A stretch of 64,000 nucleotides of DNA from Lingula anatina (lineage: Eukaryota; Animalia; Brachiopoda). The notes beneath the pieces were generated by a model that was not told the DNA's origin, made no database searches, and saw only the letters and a program-made list of their open reading frames with translations. This document shows, one piece after another, positions 61,101 to 64,000 of the stretch (its first letter is position 1; each line of letters opens with the position of its first letter). The position numbers were made by a program, and so were the translations under genes. The stretch lies in the NCBI GenBank assembly GCA_051362555.1, contig CM120643.1:16744848-16808847 (forward strand), read 5' to 3'.

Positions 61101-63934
61101 ATTCAAGTAGTCTTTCCTTCCTTCATTGTGCTGGTTGGTCTATATATCTACAAAAATAAATAAGGAAATAAAATGAACAAAAATTAGCAAAAGAAAATAT
61201 TCATTGAATAAATAAAAAATGAGTAATAAGTGAATTAAAATATGATAATAAGCAGAGAAGTCATGCCAAATATACTAGTTACATGCAGCCAACCCTACAC
61301 ACCTAACGTGTTTTATCTCCCAGATTCTTTTAAATTTGTTGGAATATATTGATTAAACTTGCAAACCATATGAAATTATGTCATTAAATCTGCAAAATCA
61401 ATGCTAATGCCAAATAGTGAGTAAAATCCAGCCTTGTGTATTTTGATATTGTTAAAACAAGAAACTATATCTAAAGTTAGATTTGTAGATTTATCTAAAA
61501 CTGATTTGTAGTTAAAGGATTCAGGTCTGCTAGTAGTATTCCATTTTGTGTTTGCATTTTCCAGATACAGATGTTTTTGTGATTATTAAATATTTTTTCT
61601 AGACTGTCAGATGATGAGGATGGTGATGGGAAACCTCCAGAAAGCAGAGCAAAGAGCAGACTCATAAAATGGGAAGATGAAGAGAAACTACAATTAGCTG
61701 GGAGCACCAGTGAAGGTAGGAAAGTGCTTGGTTGCTACACACATTACTTTTGTATAACTATGCAGACACTACTGTCTTTAGATGAATGGATGGATGGATG
61801 GATAGATATGTGTACAGTGTCAGTTCATATTGTAACATGAGTAGTCGTCCATCTGGGCTGTGACACCAAAGCCTGACATTGGAAATAAGTTTCAGTTACA
61901 TGGGGAAAGTATATCCTCTTCTTTCAGAAATAAAAGCAATACAATTGACATGTCAAAGAAGCATTTCACGTGAATTAATGCCATAAAAATTCACAGAATT
62001 GAAGTGAGAGCTACAGCATTGTGTGAAATGATATTGTGGCATGTCGCATGCATTGTAGTGTTGGGCATAACAACATGGGTACAGACTATATAGCATAGCT
62101 CATAAGTGGAAAAGTTGCACATGCATCATCAATGGTTCACCGAGTCTTTGCATAAGCAAGCTTAGCAACTGTGCTATATTTTATGTGCACATTTGGGACG
62201 AGGAAAGTCAAGATATGTAGGTGATCCGTGAAAATATTAATTAAGAATGTGTACTGTCTGTAAAAGAGACTAAATGACTCAAAAGACTCAATGAACTTCC
62301 GTGTAGGGAGTACAACCCTCTTGCTGTGGAATTAGAAACAGTGGACTTCTGGTATTTTATAGTGGTCAGTGTACTTACTGTGTTTTCTCGTGGTCTGTGG
62401 ATTTCTGGTGTTTTATCATGGCTAGTGGATTTCTGGTGTTTTATCATGGTCAGTGGATTTCTGGGTTTTTTATCATGGTCAGTGGATTTCTGGTGTTTTA
62501 TCATGGCCAGTGGATTTCTAGTTTTTTATCATGGCTAGTGGATTTCTGGTTTTTTATCATGGTTAGTTGATTTCTGGTGTTTTATCATGGCCAGTGGATT
62601 TCTGGTTTTTTATCATGGTCAGTGGATTTCTGGTTTTTTATCATGGCCAGTGGATTTCTGGTTTTTTATCATGGTTAGTTGATTTCTGGTGTTTTATCAT
62701 GGTCAGTGGATTTCTGGTTTTTTATCATGGTCAGTACATTATCATTGTACTTTTATTTCTGATGCACCACCAGATGCCTTTTGTCATTACAAACTAGTTA
62801 CAGACTCATCATCATCATCATTCCTCTTCGTCCCATGTGTACTTAGGATGGACGAGAACTGAGTACCAAAGGTAGCTCTGAGATGGACACCACCTGGCAA
62901 AAGAAAGAGAGGAAGGCCCAAGACTACCTGGCGCCGAACAGTTACAGACTGGGCATGCTGTTACGCCTTCGTGGCCGAGTGCCTTATGAAGGTACAGAGA
63001 ACAATGTACTTACTGGTGTCTCAGAGTCAAAAAACCAAGAAAAAGCCAAGAGCTGGTTCTAAAGGCCAAAAGAGATCCCAAAGAGCAGACCAAAGAGGCC
63101 AATTTATTTCAAGTTACACCTTATATACATGATCAGATAGTACACGTTTACCAATCGGAACCAATAACACAATGAACAGTTTTACCTTTAAGTTACCAAT
63201 CACAGGAGAGATTCAAACTTACACACCGGACTATACTTTACTTATGGAGACATCTACCGGTAGCAGTATAAAACAATCTCAACTAACACACTACATCGTT
63301 ACAATGCCTCATGCTAGTCATTTTATGCTATCATCTGTAGGGGCAATTTTAAAATACCCATCACAAGACTTGCATTCAGCACTTGCTTTAAAAATAAAAA
63401 AAACTGCTTGTAGATTTAAATGCTAAAACATTGCATGGAGGCTAAAAATGCATGTTCAGGGCAAGACTTACTTGTATCAATGTGTGACCTACTTTCTTGA
63501 GGAAAAGTTCAGTAAAGGGCAAAGCACTGAGTATACAAGTAGTCATGGACTTGGCACCCCGGTATTTTCAATGCACTAGCGTCAGACTAGACTAAGTCTT
63601 TCAGCTTGTCAAAAATTCCAGGGGATAAGTTAGATGCCAAATAATTGTTCCGTGTGGGAGTTATTGGAAAAATTAATAATTATACTAGCAGAAAAGGTGT
63701 ACCATTGGGAAAACCGTGTGGAAAAAAAGGTGTACTGTCTGGAGAAAAAATCTTGAAAAAAGTAATTGTACCGGTACGAATTTTTGGAACTTAAGAGTAC
63801 TTTCACTTTTGTTTCTGGCAGGAAGTAGCAGTACCGCAGACATAAATGAAGAAACAGAATCAGATGATGAGGCATCGGAGGCACAATCTAACAGTCCTAG
63901 GAAAACTATTTTCTTCAAACATACTGCAAAAGAG
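49179..63934 (+). CDS. URI1: Unconventional prefoldin RPB5 interactor 1 (continues past the window); exons 49179-49258, 50095-50173, 50624-50759, 51193-51275, 58762-58825, 59113-59254, 61603-61715, 63822-63934
   Basis: Alpha-prefoldin domain W..YRDDYVALKERLTTLPDKVTHDIMVPFTSVAFMPGQLVHTNEILVLLGDNWFAERSAKEASEIVDRR; EIREVYDEEEEKKWKEEHRKNVRRY; DLWRHLDELEMQE; acidic region and TIFFKHT. Phases are consistent. Confidence 0.93.
49351..49770. mobile_element. Tandem pair of ~200-215-bp Harbinger-like MITEs in a URI1 intron
   Basis: Each copy runs CCCATTCCCA(T/C)AGATTTTAGATC ... GATCGATCT(A/T)AATCTCTGGGAATGCAC; copies start at 49352 and 49570. Confidence 0.75.
51503..57182 (-). CDS. Secreted C-type lectin (perlucin-like CTLD, QPD/WND motifs), ~424 aa, nested antisense in a URI1 intron; exons 56584-57182, 55353-55501, 52523-52756, 51503-51795
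   Basis: Phases 2,1,1 sum to 1275 nt. Hydrophobic N-terminus (LFLALFLICL); acidic then Lys-rich stalk; CCPTQSCQSTC cluster; helical neck; long-form CTLD CPPGFTPFQTSCY..WVSANKMC..LVSIESQAEQNFL..FWTSGTD..EGVWIW..WGGNQPDN..EGC..WNDLPC..FICE. Confidence 0.9.
53836..53915. other. 80-nt near-perfect hairpin
   Basis: AGAAGCAGAATCTTACAAATCCCAGTA / TACTGGGATTTGTAAGATTTTGCTTCT (26/27 Watson-Crick), plus inner stem TGTATAC-tact-GTATACA. Confidence 0.85.
62340..62735 (+). repeat. 28-bp minisatellite x ~14
   Basis: AGTGGATTTCTGGT(G/T)TTTTATCATGG(TC/CC/CT) repeated, degenerate at the 5' edge. Confidence 0.95.
62807..62939 (-). mobile_element. Truncated RTE-clade non-LTR retrotransposon insertion with internal inversion
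   Basis: 11-bp TSD AGTTACAGACT (62796-62806 / 62940-62950). On -: the RTE ORF end ..TWDEEE* plus a (TGA)n tail (62807-62839). On +: the RTE C-terminal motif VLRMDEN*VPKVALRWTPPGKRKRGRPKTTWRRTV (62839-62943). Confidence 0.88.
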
Positions 63935-64000
63935 GTAAGTGGTTTTATGTTTGATTTATATTGGCAGTACTGGGAACATGGTGGGTATTAACATTTTTAA

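Noticed and set aside
62241-62797. Hydrophobic repetitive ORFs resembling membrane proteins
   Set aside because: Translations of the 28-bp minisatellite.
62929-62941. TGGCGCCGAACAG resembling a tRNA-Lys primer-binding site of an LTR element
   Set aside because: No LTR precedes it; it is the WRRT codons of the RTE ORF2 fragment.

Overview
AT-rich, intron-rich animal genomic DNA. The perlucin-like lectin and pearl/CvA-type elements suggest a marine invertebrate, probably a lophotrochozoan, but the species cannot be determined. Manual splicing of exons gives five protein-coding genes. (1) The 3' part of mitochondrial aspartate aminotransferase GOT2 (+, 118-8599), with an antisense tRNA-Pro(UGG) and a satellite-carrying Helentron-type element in one intron. 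(2) A predicted ~1393-aa protein I cannot assign to a named family (+, 13819-41994), built as acidic disordered region - [EF-hand pair + WW-like] x2 - coiled coil - CAP-Gly, with candidate internal alternative first exons and a GC-AG intron. (3) mRpL3 (-, 43705-48527). (4) URI1 (+, 49179 to beyond the window end), head-to-head with mRpL3. (5) A secreted QPD-type C-type lectin (-, 51503-57182) nested in a URI1 intron. Notable non-coding items are a 5'-inverted (twin-primed) RTE retrotransposon insertion with an 11-bp TSD, a 146-bp satellite with 3-mer higher-order structure, three CAGGGG-type MITEs with 5-bp TSDs, a G-quadruplex minisatellite and an 80-nt hairpin. All gene models are inferred from sequence only, and most short ORFs in the supplied track are spurious.
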